NCBI GenBank assembly: GCA_965153355.1
Contig: OZ231126.1
Location: 17,298,001-17,362,000 of the forward strand
Source: Flaccisagitta enflata
Taxonomy: Eukaryota
Reading direction: 5' to 3'
Length of the DNA stretch: 64,000 nucleotides
This document shows, piece after piece, positions 12,056 through 23,366 of this stretch. The first letter of the stretch is position 1; the number at the start of each line of letters is the position of its first letter. Under the pieces are notes generated by a model, which did no database searches, had not been told where the DNA came from, and was given only the letters and a program-made list of their open reading frames with translations. A program made the translations under genes and the position numbers.

Positions 12056-12437
12056 TTTTTGTCGCGTGCTACGCGATTCTTCACCCCGCTATGTCAGTCG
12101 GTCGGTTGGTTGGTTGGTCAATCCCCTTTTTACTTTTTCGGCGTTTTTAAGCTTTTTGAACTCAGTCAACTCACTGCTCCTGCATTCTGCTCAAATGCCC
12201 TAGTGATCTTTTCTATCACTGCCCCTGCCCAACCGCACGCGACTGACGTAGCTGTGTATATGTATCCGGCCTCGTTTAGATAGGGATTGCGAAACAGAGA
12301 TGGGCAATGTTTTTAGGTGCGACAAAGCACCTCTATAACTGGCTGTGTCCGTTGGTCGGTTGGTTGGTCTGTCGGTCGGGTAACACATTCGGTCGACGAT
12401 CCACACGTCGCACCTTATTGGCCTACTTGGCCTACTT
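12056..12437 (+). mobile_element. Two adjacent short HINEs (12056-12277; 12310-12437)
   Basis: Hairpins GTCGCGtgctaCGCGAT and AGGTGCgacaaaGCACCT, GGTC/GGTT microsatellites, 3' subTIRs and GGCC hairpins. The second family recurs at 20902-21015. Confidence 0.65.
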
Positions 12438-12501
12438 TACTCAAACTAATGCTGTTTCTAAGCGTAAGAAATATAGTTACACCAATGTGGGCGCCAAATT
12501 T

Positions 12502-12743
12502 AAGTTGTACCATCTAGCTCATAAATATACGGACACTTAAAAAGTAGCATTAACTTTAGAGAAGTGCTGCGCTTAAACAAATTGAGTTATTGGCACCAGA
12601 TTAGGCCCATTTCAAAGAGTTGTTTAAAAACTTTCAAATGCGACCAATCTGGGGTCAGTAACTTAATTTGCTTAGGCACAGCACCTTTCTAAAGTTGATG
12701 CTTATTTTCAGGTGTCCGTATATTTATGAGCTAGGTAGTACTT
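12502..12743. repeat. Palindromic (foldback) MITE remnant
   Basis: ~100-bp inverted arms (CTAGCTCATAAATATACGGACAC / GTGTCCGTATATTTATGAGCTAG). A related sequence occurs at ~28300-28420. Confidence 0.65.
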
Positions 12744-12929
12744 CTAAAGTGCGTCTTAATGGTCTAGAATTTGAATTAGTTTTTCTAAAGGATTTTTTGA
12801 GAAAATCAGCTATTTAAAAATGTCTTTTTTTTTATCCCTATAGAATGCCTCATTACTTAAGAAAAAAACCAATAAGATTTGTTTTTAACATGGCCCATAG
12901 AAAGCCTCAAAACACAATATCATTCAACT

Positions 12930-13420
12930 CTCAGCTCCATGGCGTGCCGACTGAAAGGGTTTCCACATTGAAATATCTCGATTTTACCATCAAAAGTGGA
13001 CGTCAAATTGACTGTCCTGTAACTGAAATAATATTAAAATGGTTTTGCCACTCACAAAACCCGATTTTGCGCATGAAGGTCGATATGACGACATGATTGT
13101 GTTGCGGCTTATTGAGTCTCACTGCGTCCTTCTTCTCAGCTACGGAATCGGGATTGTCCAAGTTCGGGACGGAGATCTACAGATGAGAATCGCTTATTAA
13201 GAATTGCCTTCAGCTCCATTTTCCGGAGACGATTTGGATATCGGATATAAATGTCTTCGATTGGCAGCACTTGCTCAGTCGTCAAACTTGGGAAAAGTTG
13301 GTTGGAATGCTCTCCGATATCTTCATTCATAAAGCAAGAACCTGCATTTCGGACAATCTTGTTAGAGCATGATGCTCGTAAGGCCAGTCTTGACGTAGTC
13401 AATTCCGTATACGTTAATTT
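12930..13420 (+). pseudogene. Degraded LINE (L2-group-like) ORF2 C-terminal fragment
   Basis: Frameshifted pieces ERVSTLKYL, LIESHCVLLLSYGI, RLLRIAFSSIFRRRFGYR, WQHLLSRQTWEKLV resemble RT thumb/C-terminal regions. Contains stops and frameshifts. Confidence 0.55.
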
Positions 13421-14181
13421 TCTAAAAATTCCCACAAGAGCTAAGCATACTCGAGCTACAAATATCACAATTTTTATTCCAGCCTCATATGTCTTAAATC
13501 CCTGCCTCTGGTCCAGAAACAAAGCCTCATGGCCTCATGGTCAAGCCGTCCAGAATCCTATCCCTCAAGGCCTCAAGGCCTCAAGGCCTCTAATTCAAGG
13601 TGACACAGCCAAGAGGGGAAGTCTTAAAACGCACAACGACGACAGACCGACCAAAGCTTTGCAAAGAACAGATAGTGCCAAAAACACTTACCCTTTTAAA
13701 ACCTTTTCTCTAAAAAACATTTTCTTGCATAATAGCTTTAGCTTAGATAGTTGCATAGTATGGAGTAATTGAGAACCGAGAACTCGATTTTGACAACATG
13801 CACTGTCCTTCCAAACCAGGCAGAGGAGGGCAAAGCCGATTGGAGGTTTGATTAAGACATCATGAACCATATCTTGACACTCTTGTTCCATCATTTTTTT
13901 TCACCATTTTTTTCCATAAATTTATCCACTCTTGACCAAAAATCTGTTTTGACATGTGCAATGTAAGCCCCTGCATACTATTGTAAAGAATCAGTCTTCA
14001 AATTGCATGCTTTGTACAGTAAAATGGTCTTAAATTGCCAAAATTTTCATGCAAAATCTCAGAAAAGAGTAAGAATTGTTTTAAAGAGGTATCTTTACTG
14101 CAATAGTACCGACACAGTATGTATAATATGGTCAAATTTTTTTGAGGGGCTGTTCATATCTATCTGACACTAATAGAAAAC

Positions 14182-15215
14182 TTTTTTGTCCGCGACGGAA
14201 TATCATTCCGACGCGGACTATAATTCAAGGCGGGTGGGTGTCGTCGTCGTTGTCGTCGTCGTCGTTGTTGTCGTCTTTGTCACGGATATTTAAAAATGGA
14301 CAACTTTTTTATGCTTTGACCAATTTGGTTCATATTTGGTGTGAAGTTGTACTAGGGTAAGGCGCTTTACATCCTATCCAATTTTTGTGATCCGACCAAC
14401 CCAACCGGCCAAACCAGCCTACCGGCCTAAAAGTGAAAAACATGCATAACTTTGGCATTTTTCAACCGATTTGGTTGAAATTTGGTATGGAGTCTCTAAA
14501 TGGAAGGACTCAACATATGTATGTGATTTATATGCATTTGATAATGCTAACCGGATAAACCGACCTACCACCCAACCAGCCTACCGACCAAAAAGTGAAA
14601 AACTTGTATAACTTTGTCATTATTCAACAAATTTGGTTGAAACTTGGTATGGAGTCTCTAAATGGAAGAACTCAACATATGCACACTATTTATCCTGTCA
14701 AACCAGCCTACCACCCAATCAGCCTACCAGCTTGAAAGTGAAAAATGTGCGTATCTTTGGCGTTTTTCAACCAATTTGGTTGAAACTTGGTATGGAGTCT
14801 CTAAATGGAAGGACTCAACACATGTATGTGATTTATTTATGTTTGAGCATGATAACCGGCCAAACTGACCCACCACCCAACCAGCTCACCGGCCTAAAAG
14901 TGAAAAACTTGCATAAAATGGACATTTTTCAACCAATTTGGTTGAAACTTGGTATGGGTCTCTAAATGGAAGAACTCAACATATGCACACTATTAAACCA
15001 AACCAGCCTACCACCTAACCACCCTACCAGCCTAAAAGTGAAAAACTTTGCCATTTTTTGACAGATTTGCATGAAACTTTGTATGGAGGCTCTATGTAAA
15101 GAATTATAGTTTTAGCGAACTTACAGGGTTAGCGATCTTTTGATCATAGCGATCTTATGGAATGGGTGATCTTTAACCCCCCTCCGTTGCGGACCCAGAT
15201 ACTATTCAGATTTTT
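14182..15215 (+). mobile_element. Helentron-like non-autonomous element (HINE) with ~140-160-bp internal tandem repeats
   Basis: T-run, 5' hairpin GTCCGCGACGGAAT..ATTCCGACGCGGAC, (GTC)n, five copies of a AAAGTGAAAAA...GAAACTTGGTATGG unit, and 3' subTIR TCCGTTGCGGAC at 15183-15194. Confidence 0.7.
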
Positions 15216-15369
15216 GCCGCATCGTTTTTAGCATTTTGGATGTCTTTGGCAGAATCCTTTTAAAAAATGTCAGCTGACAATTGAATTTTGAAAAAAAAGA
15301 TATTTTTAAAAAAAATTCATTTTGGAGCAAAGTCATGAAATTTGAATAGTAGTCAGAGGAAGCACTATA

Positions 15370-15804
15370 CACGCCGTATTTTTTATAAGAACACTGTTTT
15401 TTGAAGTGAGGCTCAGCGTTCTTATTTTTTAACCAATTTCAGCCTCAAACGTTCTTAACACGTTCTTATTTTTATAGTATTGGAGATTCATAATCATAGT
15501 TGCTAGCTATTTATAATCAATAAAATCAATGTCCTCTATTCTTAGTTATTACAAAATTTTGTTTTTGTAAGTTATAAAATTACAGAAAATTTTGATGATA
15601 AAAGTAATTGGTCGAGTAATTGTTTAGGTTATAGGATTCTGTACAACTTTTGATAGTTTCCTTAAAAAATTATATCAAAACATACTTTAGAATATATTTA
15701 TGCCAAAATCTGAGCCTCAGCATGTTCTTGGAATGTTCTTATTTTTTCATCAAATCTGAGGCTGATGTTCTTATAAACAGTGTTCTTAGACAAAATACAG
15801 CGTG
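15370..15804. mobile_element. MITE, TA target
   Basis: TIR CACGCCGTATTTT..TAAGAACACTGTTT / AAACAGTGTTCTTA..AAAATACAGCGTG, with TA on both sides. Confidence 0.8.
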
Positions 15805-16586
15805 TACCTTTAGCATTCCAAATTTGGTAACAATTGCATGATTTTGAGTATCAATTTTTTGAGTTTTTCTATTCCAAATTGTGAAATTTTAAATTTTGGA
15901 AAAAAATATTTTTTGTTCTCCTAAATAAAAAATCTTGAACATAGATGTATATTTTACATTTTTAAAAACATCGGACCCAAAATAATATAATTTACTTGCG
16001 TCTGATGTTTTCGGTTATTCCAATTTTTAATTTCTTTCCAAATTTGTTATTTAGGGTGCACCTACGTCAGATTCAACAGAAATATGAAAAAAAGGACATT
16101 TTTTGTTCAGAGTTTTAAATGAGGCACTTTCTATTGAAGAAAAGTGATGAAATTTTCATGGTTGTTAAATGAAGCACCAAACCACCTGCATGTCAATTTT
16201 CATTATGATCAGACAATTTCTAATATCTATTTATATAAATTTTCAATATCAATTTATAAAATTTAAAAAATTAGTCATTTTTAAAAGAAAAATCACTAAT
16301 TTCTTTTTTTGATGAGATTTTGCATCAATTATTTCTGTTAACTACCCAAAGTGACATGTACTATCAGGTGAATTATTTGCTTTTGGTTAAAAAAATGATG
16401 ATTTTTTTGCCCCTGGCGAAACTGAAGTGTCTCGATAATTTTCATTGTGTCTTAAAGATTGTCTGCTTGGTTTTGTAATAAGGTTGATCTCACAGACTTA
16501 ATGCGTCAACTGCTTCTTAAATGCCACTGATAAGAAAAGAAGGCAAAAAGATTTTTGACCAGGCCATTGGTTTTTTGCCCTCCGCG

Positions 16587-16690
<104 letters not shown>

Positions 16691-16811
16691 ATCTCCAAAG
16701 ACGGAAATCTATGTAAAAACGACTAAGTCCAGACATAGCCTGCGCAACTGCTAAGCGCTTTATACATTGTTGCCTGTCACCGATAATTGGGTGAAAGGAA
16801 AAGGCATACTG

Positions 16812-16893
<82 letters not shown>

Positions 16894-16976
16894 CAAAACA
16901 GCTTTGTCTCCTTTATTCATTCATTCATTCATTCATTCATTCATTCATTCATTCATTCATTCATTCATACATCCAT

Positions 16977-17085
<109 letters not shown>

Positions 17086-17589
17086 AAACTGACACTGAAA
17101 AGACTGCCCTTCTCTCTGAATCATTATTCTTTCTTTATCAGGGTTGCAAACTCAGCAACCATCGCAAAAAGTGGGAGCTAAAGAAAACGCGAGCGATCAA
17201 AACAAAGACAAAGACAAAGACAAAGTTTCTTTTTCTCTTTTCTCCTTTGCGAGGAAGATAGAGACCAGGACAAAAACATATGACTAAGATGAAAAAGACT
17301 AGGAGTGGAAGATAGAGACAAGAAATGGGAATTCGAACGCATACAAAAACATAAGGCAAAGACCATAGATGAAACAAAGTGGAAGTGGGAAAGACTCTCT
17401 TGCATTGGTGGCGATGGCGTGATCTTTGTTTTTCGCCATTTAATTGCTACATTCAAAGTACTTCTCTCCGCGCCATGAAAGCATTTTAGGTAAGAATTTA
17501 GGTAAGATTTTAAGCAATAAAAAAAATGTTTTTAAACCGACTCCGATGTAAAGAACAAAAATGAAAAGCAGCATATCTTAGAGGAACCC

Positions 17590-18296
17590 TTTTTGGGCAG
17601 TGCAGCGTCCCCGAAGGGGACAAAGTCCTGTAGAACACAGGGGGACTTTTGTTTGTCCATCCGTCCGTTCGTTTGTCCGTTCGTTAGTCCCCCCCTTCAT
17701 CAGACCCCTCAGGCCTCAAATCTGGCCTCTCAGGCCTCAAATCCAGCCTCTCAGGTCTCAAATCCAGCCTCCCAGGCCTCAAACTGGCCTCAAATCTGGC
17801 CTCATCTGGCCTCAAATCTGGCCTCTCAATCCTCAAATCTGGCCTCTCAGGCCTCAAATCTGGCTTCTCAGGCCTCAAATCCAAATTCTCAGGCCTCAAA
17901 CCTGGCCTCTCATGCCTCAAATTAGGCCTCTCAGGACTCAAATCAGCCATTTAAACCTCAATTTATTGCTCCCAGGCTTCAAATCAGTCCTCTGGCCTTT
18001 CAAGCCTTAATCCAGCTCTCTCAAGCCTCAAGTCAGCCCTCTCAAGCTTCCAATCGGCATTCTCAGGCCTTATATCAGCCTTCTTAGACCTCAGTTTAGG
18101 CTCTTAAATGCCTTCAGTCAGCCCTCTATAGCATCTCATCCACTTCTTCAGGTAGGACGAACGAAAGTCCCCCTGTGTTCTACAGGACTTCGTCCCCTTT
18201 GGGGCCGCTGCCCTGCTTCCCCTCACTCCAATTCACAATCACTCAAAGCAGGGCAACGGGTATCGCTGACCTCATATTGCCCTTGGGCGACCTGTT
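17590..18296 (+). mobile_element. HINE family B (long subTIR, 21-bp internal repeats)
   Basis: TTTTGGGCAG...CCCGAAGGGGAC..GTCCTGTAGAACACAGGGGGAC is repeated inverted at ~18155-18213. Tandem CAGGCCTCAAATCTGGCCTCT units, and a 3' tail ending GCCCTTGGGC-GACCTGTT. Confidence 0.75.
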
Positions 18297-18318
18297 AAAC
18301 TCATCGATGCCTCCTTAC

Positions 18319-18465
18319 CCCTCCGTTTTCGGCAGAAGCTGCGGCGTCGGCGGCGTCGGCTTTGACCACTTGAACCGGAAATGGGCCGAAAGTCGTTCCG
18401 GCGGCGACGTCACGAGCGAAACTCAACGTCACGATCGACTCAACATCACCGCCGCTGGAAGACTC
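18319..18465 (-). CDS. ush: Exon encoding PR/SET-domain N-terminal motif (ESSSGG...FARDVAAGTTFGPFPVQVV...ENGG)
   Basis: Acceptor ccccttcccAG|, 147 nt in phase 0/0, donor |GTAAGG. The GTxFGP motif is typical of PR domains and resembles my recollection of vertebrate FOG2 (LPVGTTWGPFP). Confidence 0.8.
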
Positions 18466-18540
18466 CTGGGAAGGGGGGGGGGGGAGAGGGGGATTCATAC
18501 ATAAAACTAGATTGAAAATGTAAAGCTTCTACTCTCTCAC

Positions 18541-18626
<86 letters not shown>

Positions 18627-19091
18627 TGACTCATTTGCATATTGTGGCTTTACAAAAATCGTCTGCCGTTTATATTTTTTTCTATTAGAATCACTGAGAA
18701 TAATTTACGTGGCGGTATTATTAAGATAAAACACGTTTTAATTTATCTTTAACCGATGGTCAAATTCGTAGAGAAATTTATGCTCCTAATCATCAAAACC
18801 ACTCAGAAAATGTATTACTATGCCTTTTTGGTAGTATAAAATTTCCAAAATGGTTATGGATGTGATGCTTGGTTGGTTATTGCAAAAACGGAGCTTAATA
18901 TCTGCATTTGACGACGCGGCGGGGTATTGCCCTGAGTGATCACGACTAGGTGCGGAATCTGGGATACTCGCGTTCCGCAAGTCATACGGCTGCGATACGC
19001 ATCCGTGCCCCACTCTACGCGTATTAATTTTTCTATTCACGAGTCCATTAACTAGTGTTCTCTCTTCCCCTGTACATCGTTCTTTCCTTAC

Positions 19092-19639
19092 ATGTCGACG
19101 AACCCCCACCTTTCTCGAGTGACACAGTTGAAGCAGTTGGATGGGCATTTTGTATCTGGCGATGATGCTGACGTCATCAGGAGGCATCGAAGACGTTGTC
19201 GACGTAGACAATGTCGCCCTCGACGATTGAGACTCCGACGGCGCCGAAGGCGAAAGAGGATGATGAGGAAGATGCTTACGGTCCAACGCTTCGTCGATAA
19301 ACTCGAGTTGAGTCGGATGACCAAGATGGTGTGGAGGATGAAGAAGATGAGGAGGAGGAGGTTGCGGAAGGCCTTGGAGTTGAGGTGGCAGCGGCGGCGG
19401 TGGCGGCGGCGGCATCGGTGGAGGTACAGGAAGATGATGAGGATGATGAGGAAGAGAAGAGGATGGAAGAGGAGGAAGAGGGTGATTTCCCGCCATCGTT
19501 GTCGTCGTTTTAGTAGAGGCGTCAGTTTGTCTGAGAAGCGGCGAAAGGCGCGCTTGCAAATGAGAATGAAATGGAGAGACGCTTCGAGGTGACGTTGGTG
19601 GAGGGGAAGATAATGGCGACATGGTTTCGGCGGCGGGAG

Positions 19640-19735
<96 letters not shown>

Positions 19736-19831
19736 GAAATGTTGCGTAGTCGGGATTTGGTGATTCGGTGGGTTGAGGTGGTTCAGATCCGATTGATGGA
19801 GATTCTTCGGTTTCCTCGTCTCCTTCGCCTC
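19092..19831 (-). CDS. ush: Internal exon of a FOG/U-shaped (ZFPM)-like PR-domain transcription cofactor: acidic start, polyQ32, Pro/His-rich region, start of PR domain
   Basis: Acceptor ttttaattcgactttcAG|, 740 nt open (GEGDEETEESPSIG...YATF-Q32-SPAAETMSPL...PDDVSIIARYKMPIQLLQLCHSRKVGVRRH), donor |GTAAGG in phase 0. The exon is well supported; gene identity is inferred from the downstream PR-domain exons. Confidence 0.75.
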
Positions 19832-19892
19832 CTGAAAGTCGAATTAAAAAAAGTAATGGAATGATTCAACCAATTAAACCTAGATTTGATTC

Positions 19893-20346
19893 AAACAAGG
19901 CCAGATACATGGAACTACAGTCTCGGACGGTTGGGCAGGAGCAGTAATGCAAAAACCGCTTGCAATTAGGATTGTGACGGACCGACCGACTAACACGGCA
20001 AGGTGTCGAGTCGCTTGTCCGCGACTAAAAAATGATTCAGCTACAGTTGGGCTTCACAAAAGCGGATGCCAAGGGACTGGTCAGAATTGTGCCTTGAAGT
20101 TAAACTGAACCTGCCTTATTTCTTTTATTTAATAAGTTATAAACGTTATAAACGTCTTGTCTTAAAACAAGGCCGGATACACGGCTACCGAAGTCGCGTG
20201 TGGGTGGGCAGGGGCCATATTTGAGGTCACTAGACCATTTGGGCAGGAGCAGTGAGGTCAGAGAATAAAATCATAAAAAAAGTAAAACGTGACCGACGCG
20301 ACGGACGGACAACGCAGATTGTAGAGTCGCTTGCACGCGACTAGAA
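19893..20346 (-). mobile_element. Two short HINE family A copies (19893-20032; 20165-20346)
   Basis: AAACAAGGCC(A/G)GATAC...GGGCAGG...GACGGAC...AGTCGCTTG..CGCGACTA. Further copies at ~38865-39030, 42125-42308, 43449-43595, 44585-44766, 45298-45445, 45826-45960, 53107-53302. Confidence 0.7.
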
Positions 20347-20644
20347 ATATCTTGTTGGTCCCTTGAAGTTCGTTCTAGATAGATTGATTGAGTGGTTTTT
20401 AACTGTATGTCGGCTTTTGCTTTTTTTTTAAGATAAGAAGGTCACCGGGTTGAAAGGTGTTTAATGAGAGAGTGCTGATGAATTGCTGAGGCAGCTGAGC
20501 TGCTCACTTTGCGAATCGATAGTTCTTTCTTTCTTTGTTTTCTTTCTTTATTTCTTCTTGCATTTCTTTCTGTCTTTCTGTCTTTCGTTTTTTATTTGTT
20601 TCTCTCTTTTTTTCTTTCTTTCTTACTTTCTTTCTTTCTTTCTC

Positions 20645-20696
<52 letters not shown>

Positions 20697-21126
20697 ATTT
20701 ACATTCATTCATTTAGTCATTTATTCATTCATTCATTCATTCATCATTCATTCATTCATTCATTCATTCATTCATTCATTCATTCATTCATTCATTCATT
20801 CATTCAGTCATTTCATTTCATTTCCCCTTTTCATTCTCTTCTTCATTCATTCATTCTTTCATCCTCACTATCAATCCCTCTCAAAGACTTTCATTCCCTC
20901 TTTTTAGGTGCGAAAAAGCACCTCTATAACTGGCTGTGTCCGTTGGTCGGTCGCTCTGTTGCTTGGTCGCTCGACGATCCACACGTCGCATTTTATTGGC
21001 CTTCTTGGCCTTGTTTTTTCTCACTCTTCATTATCTATCTCTTTTTGATGGAAAAGGATGGAATACAGCAACCAATACTGACGGCAGTAATGGCACTTTT
21101 CTTAACCGGATCATATCTTGAAGCTC

Positions 21127-21170
<44 letters not shown>

Positions 21171-21733
21171 GTGGCGCGCGCATCGGCACCGTCGGTCGTC
21201 GTTGTCGGCAACGGCGGTTTTTATCTTTCGTTCGCTTTTCTAATACGAGATAGAAGAGCGAAAAAGAGACGATGAAAGTCATTTTTTTGACGCCTCGAGC
21301 CGGCGTCACCGGCGTCGGCAGCGTCACCGGCGTCACTGGCGTAAGCGCCGTCTTTGACGCCGGAGCTGTTGCTACGGCGTCGGATGAAGCCTCGATATAC
21401 AAGGAAGAAAGAGATTGATGAATGAATGAGTGGATGCATGAAGAATGAGTAAATGAATGAATGTATGAATGAATGAAATAACATATGTATGTATGAATGG
21501 ATGAATGAATGGATGAATGAATGAATGAAGTAATGAATGAATGAATGAATGAATGAATAAATGAATGAATGAATGAATGAATGAATGAATGAATGAATGA
21601 ATGAATGAATGAATGAATGAATGAATGAATGAAACAGAACGACGAAGATAATCTTCTAAAATCTAATGCCTAATGGAGGCTTAACCAAATTGACTTATCA
21701 ATTTTTTTTCTCTCTTTTTCTCGGAGAGAGAGA

Positions 21734-21832
<99 letters not shown>

Positions 21833-21836
21833 AAGA

Positions 21837-21915
21837 GAGGAGACCCTGCGGGGAGGAATACCTAGAAGAAGATAGATAACGTATTCATTTCTCTTCGTAA
21901 CAAAACTGAGAACAC
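21837..21915 (+). repeat. 79-bp direct repeat, copy 1 (copy 2 at 26019-26097)
   Basis: Identical GAGGAGACCCTGCGGGGAGG...CAAAACTGAGAACAC at both positions. Confidence 0.92.
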
Positions 21916-22319
21916 CACAATCCGCCATGATGGGAAATAAATAAGAAATGCGACTTTTTTCAACCTGGTGTAATTATGTGATTTTTCACTTCTACTAACC
22001 CCAAATGGTCCATTTCTACAAAAAAAATCAATTCGAAATCATTAGAGGCTTGATAGTAATACTAAAAATACATCAAAATTACATTATAAGTATAGGATTT
22101 TACTTAAGTTAACGAGTCCGCTAGAGTCCACTGATTTTCTTGGATTCGGTGGGTTGGGATCCTCCATTATCAACCCACGGAGCTGTGCGTAATGCGCGCG
22201 CATGCGCTTTTTAGTTTGAGCGGAGAACGAGCCTGATAACTGATTACTGAATCATACAAATTAGCTTTTGGGAGATTTGTTTTTTTCCTCTTTTCACTGT
22301 GTTTACTTTGTTTTTGAAT

Positions 22320-23105
22320 AGCCCATGAGTTGTCCATGAGTTGTCCTTAGGTTGTCCACGAGTTGTCTTTGATTTGTCCTTGAGTTGTCCTTGTATTGTC
22401 CTTGAGTGGTCTTGAAGTTGTCTCAATTGTCCTAGGGTTTTTTTTTTAGTCATCCTACAGTTGTCTATTTTGTACTGAAGTTGTACTTTAGTTGTCCTGG
22501 AATTGTCCTAAAAGTGTCTTTGACTCGTTGTGGAATTGTCCTAGAATTGTCCAAAGTTGTCCTACTTGTCCTACTAGTCCTGAAGTTGTTCTAGTGTGGT
22601 CCTACAAAAATCAGAGTGGTCAGGGAGTTGTTTTAGAGTTGTTTTAGAATTGTTCAAGAGATGTCCTTGATATGTCCTTGATTTGTCCTTGAGTTTTCAG
22701 AATGTTGTCCTAGAATTTTTCAAGTTATCCTAGAATTGTATAAGAATTGTCCCAGTTGTTTTAAAGTAGTCCCAGAGTTGTCCTAAAGTTGTTTTAGAGT
22801 TGTCCTAGAGTTGTCCTAGAGTCGTCTTAGAGTCGTCCTAGAGTTGTCCTAAAGTTGTCCTACAGTAGTCCTAAAGTTGTATTGGAGTTGTCCTAATGTT
22901 TACCTATATTTGTTCTTAAGTTGTTCTAGATTTGTCCTAAAGTTGTTCTAAAGTTGTCCTAGAGTTGTCCTAAGGTTGTCCTAAAATTGTCCTTAAGTAA
23001 CTAAGGGTTATGAATGATGCTAGGTGTGTCCTAGAATTGTCTTAAAGAATACTATCCCTGCCTATCCACATGTGACTAAGATAGCCGTGTAAGTGGCTTT
23101 GTTTT
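22320..23105 (+). repeat. Degenerate 11-bp tandem array (GTTGTCCTAGA) inside a HINE-like element
   Basis: Dozens of gttgtcc units, followed by a HINE-type 3' end cctgcc...gtgact..gccgtgtaagtggctttgtt. Confidence 0.65.
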
Positions 23106-23366
23106 TTAATTGTTTGCATATTGCAGAAATTCCTTCTGGATGACAAATTTCTTCTCGCCTTGTGAAATGAAGGTATCTGATTTTGAAGAAACATATGTAA
23201 GAGCTTTATATATAAGTGTGTATGGCAACATAGTTCATAGTTACTTTATCTCAGATAAATACTTCTTTGGTGATAAACTAAGAAATAAGTGATGAAGTTC
23301 ATGAGGGATTAAATATTGAAAAAAAAACTTGGAGGTGGGGAGGAGGTGGAAGAGGCAAGCTTGGGG

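Noticed and set aside
13136-13522. 128-aa minus-strand ORF as a host exon
   Set aside because: Better explained as the antisense of a decayed plus-strand LINE fragment; the PR domain is already continuous without it.
17593-18010. ASQASNL / RPQIWPL repeat ORFs (also at 31334-31633)
   Set aside because: Translations of the 21-bp HINE internal repeat.
18786-19091. C-terminal 100 aa of the 278-aa ORF
   Set aside because: Read-through past the GTAAGG donor at 19091 into the intron; the spliced frame yields PR motifs instead.
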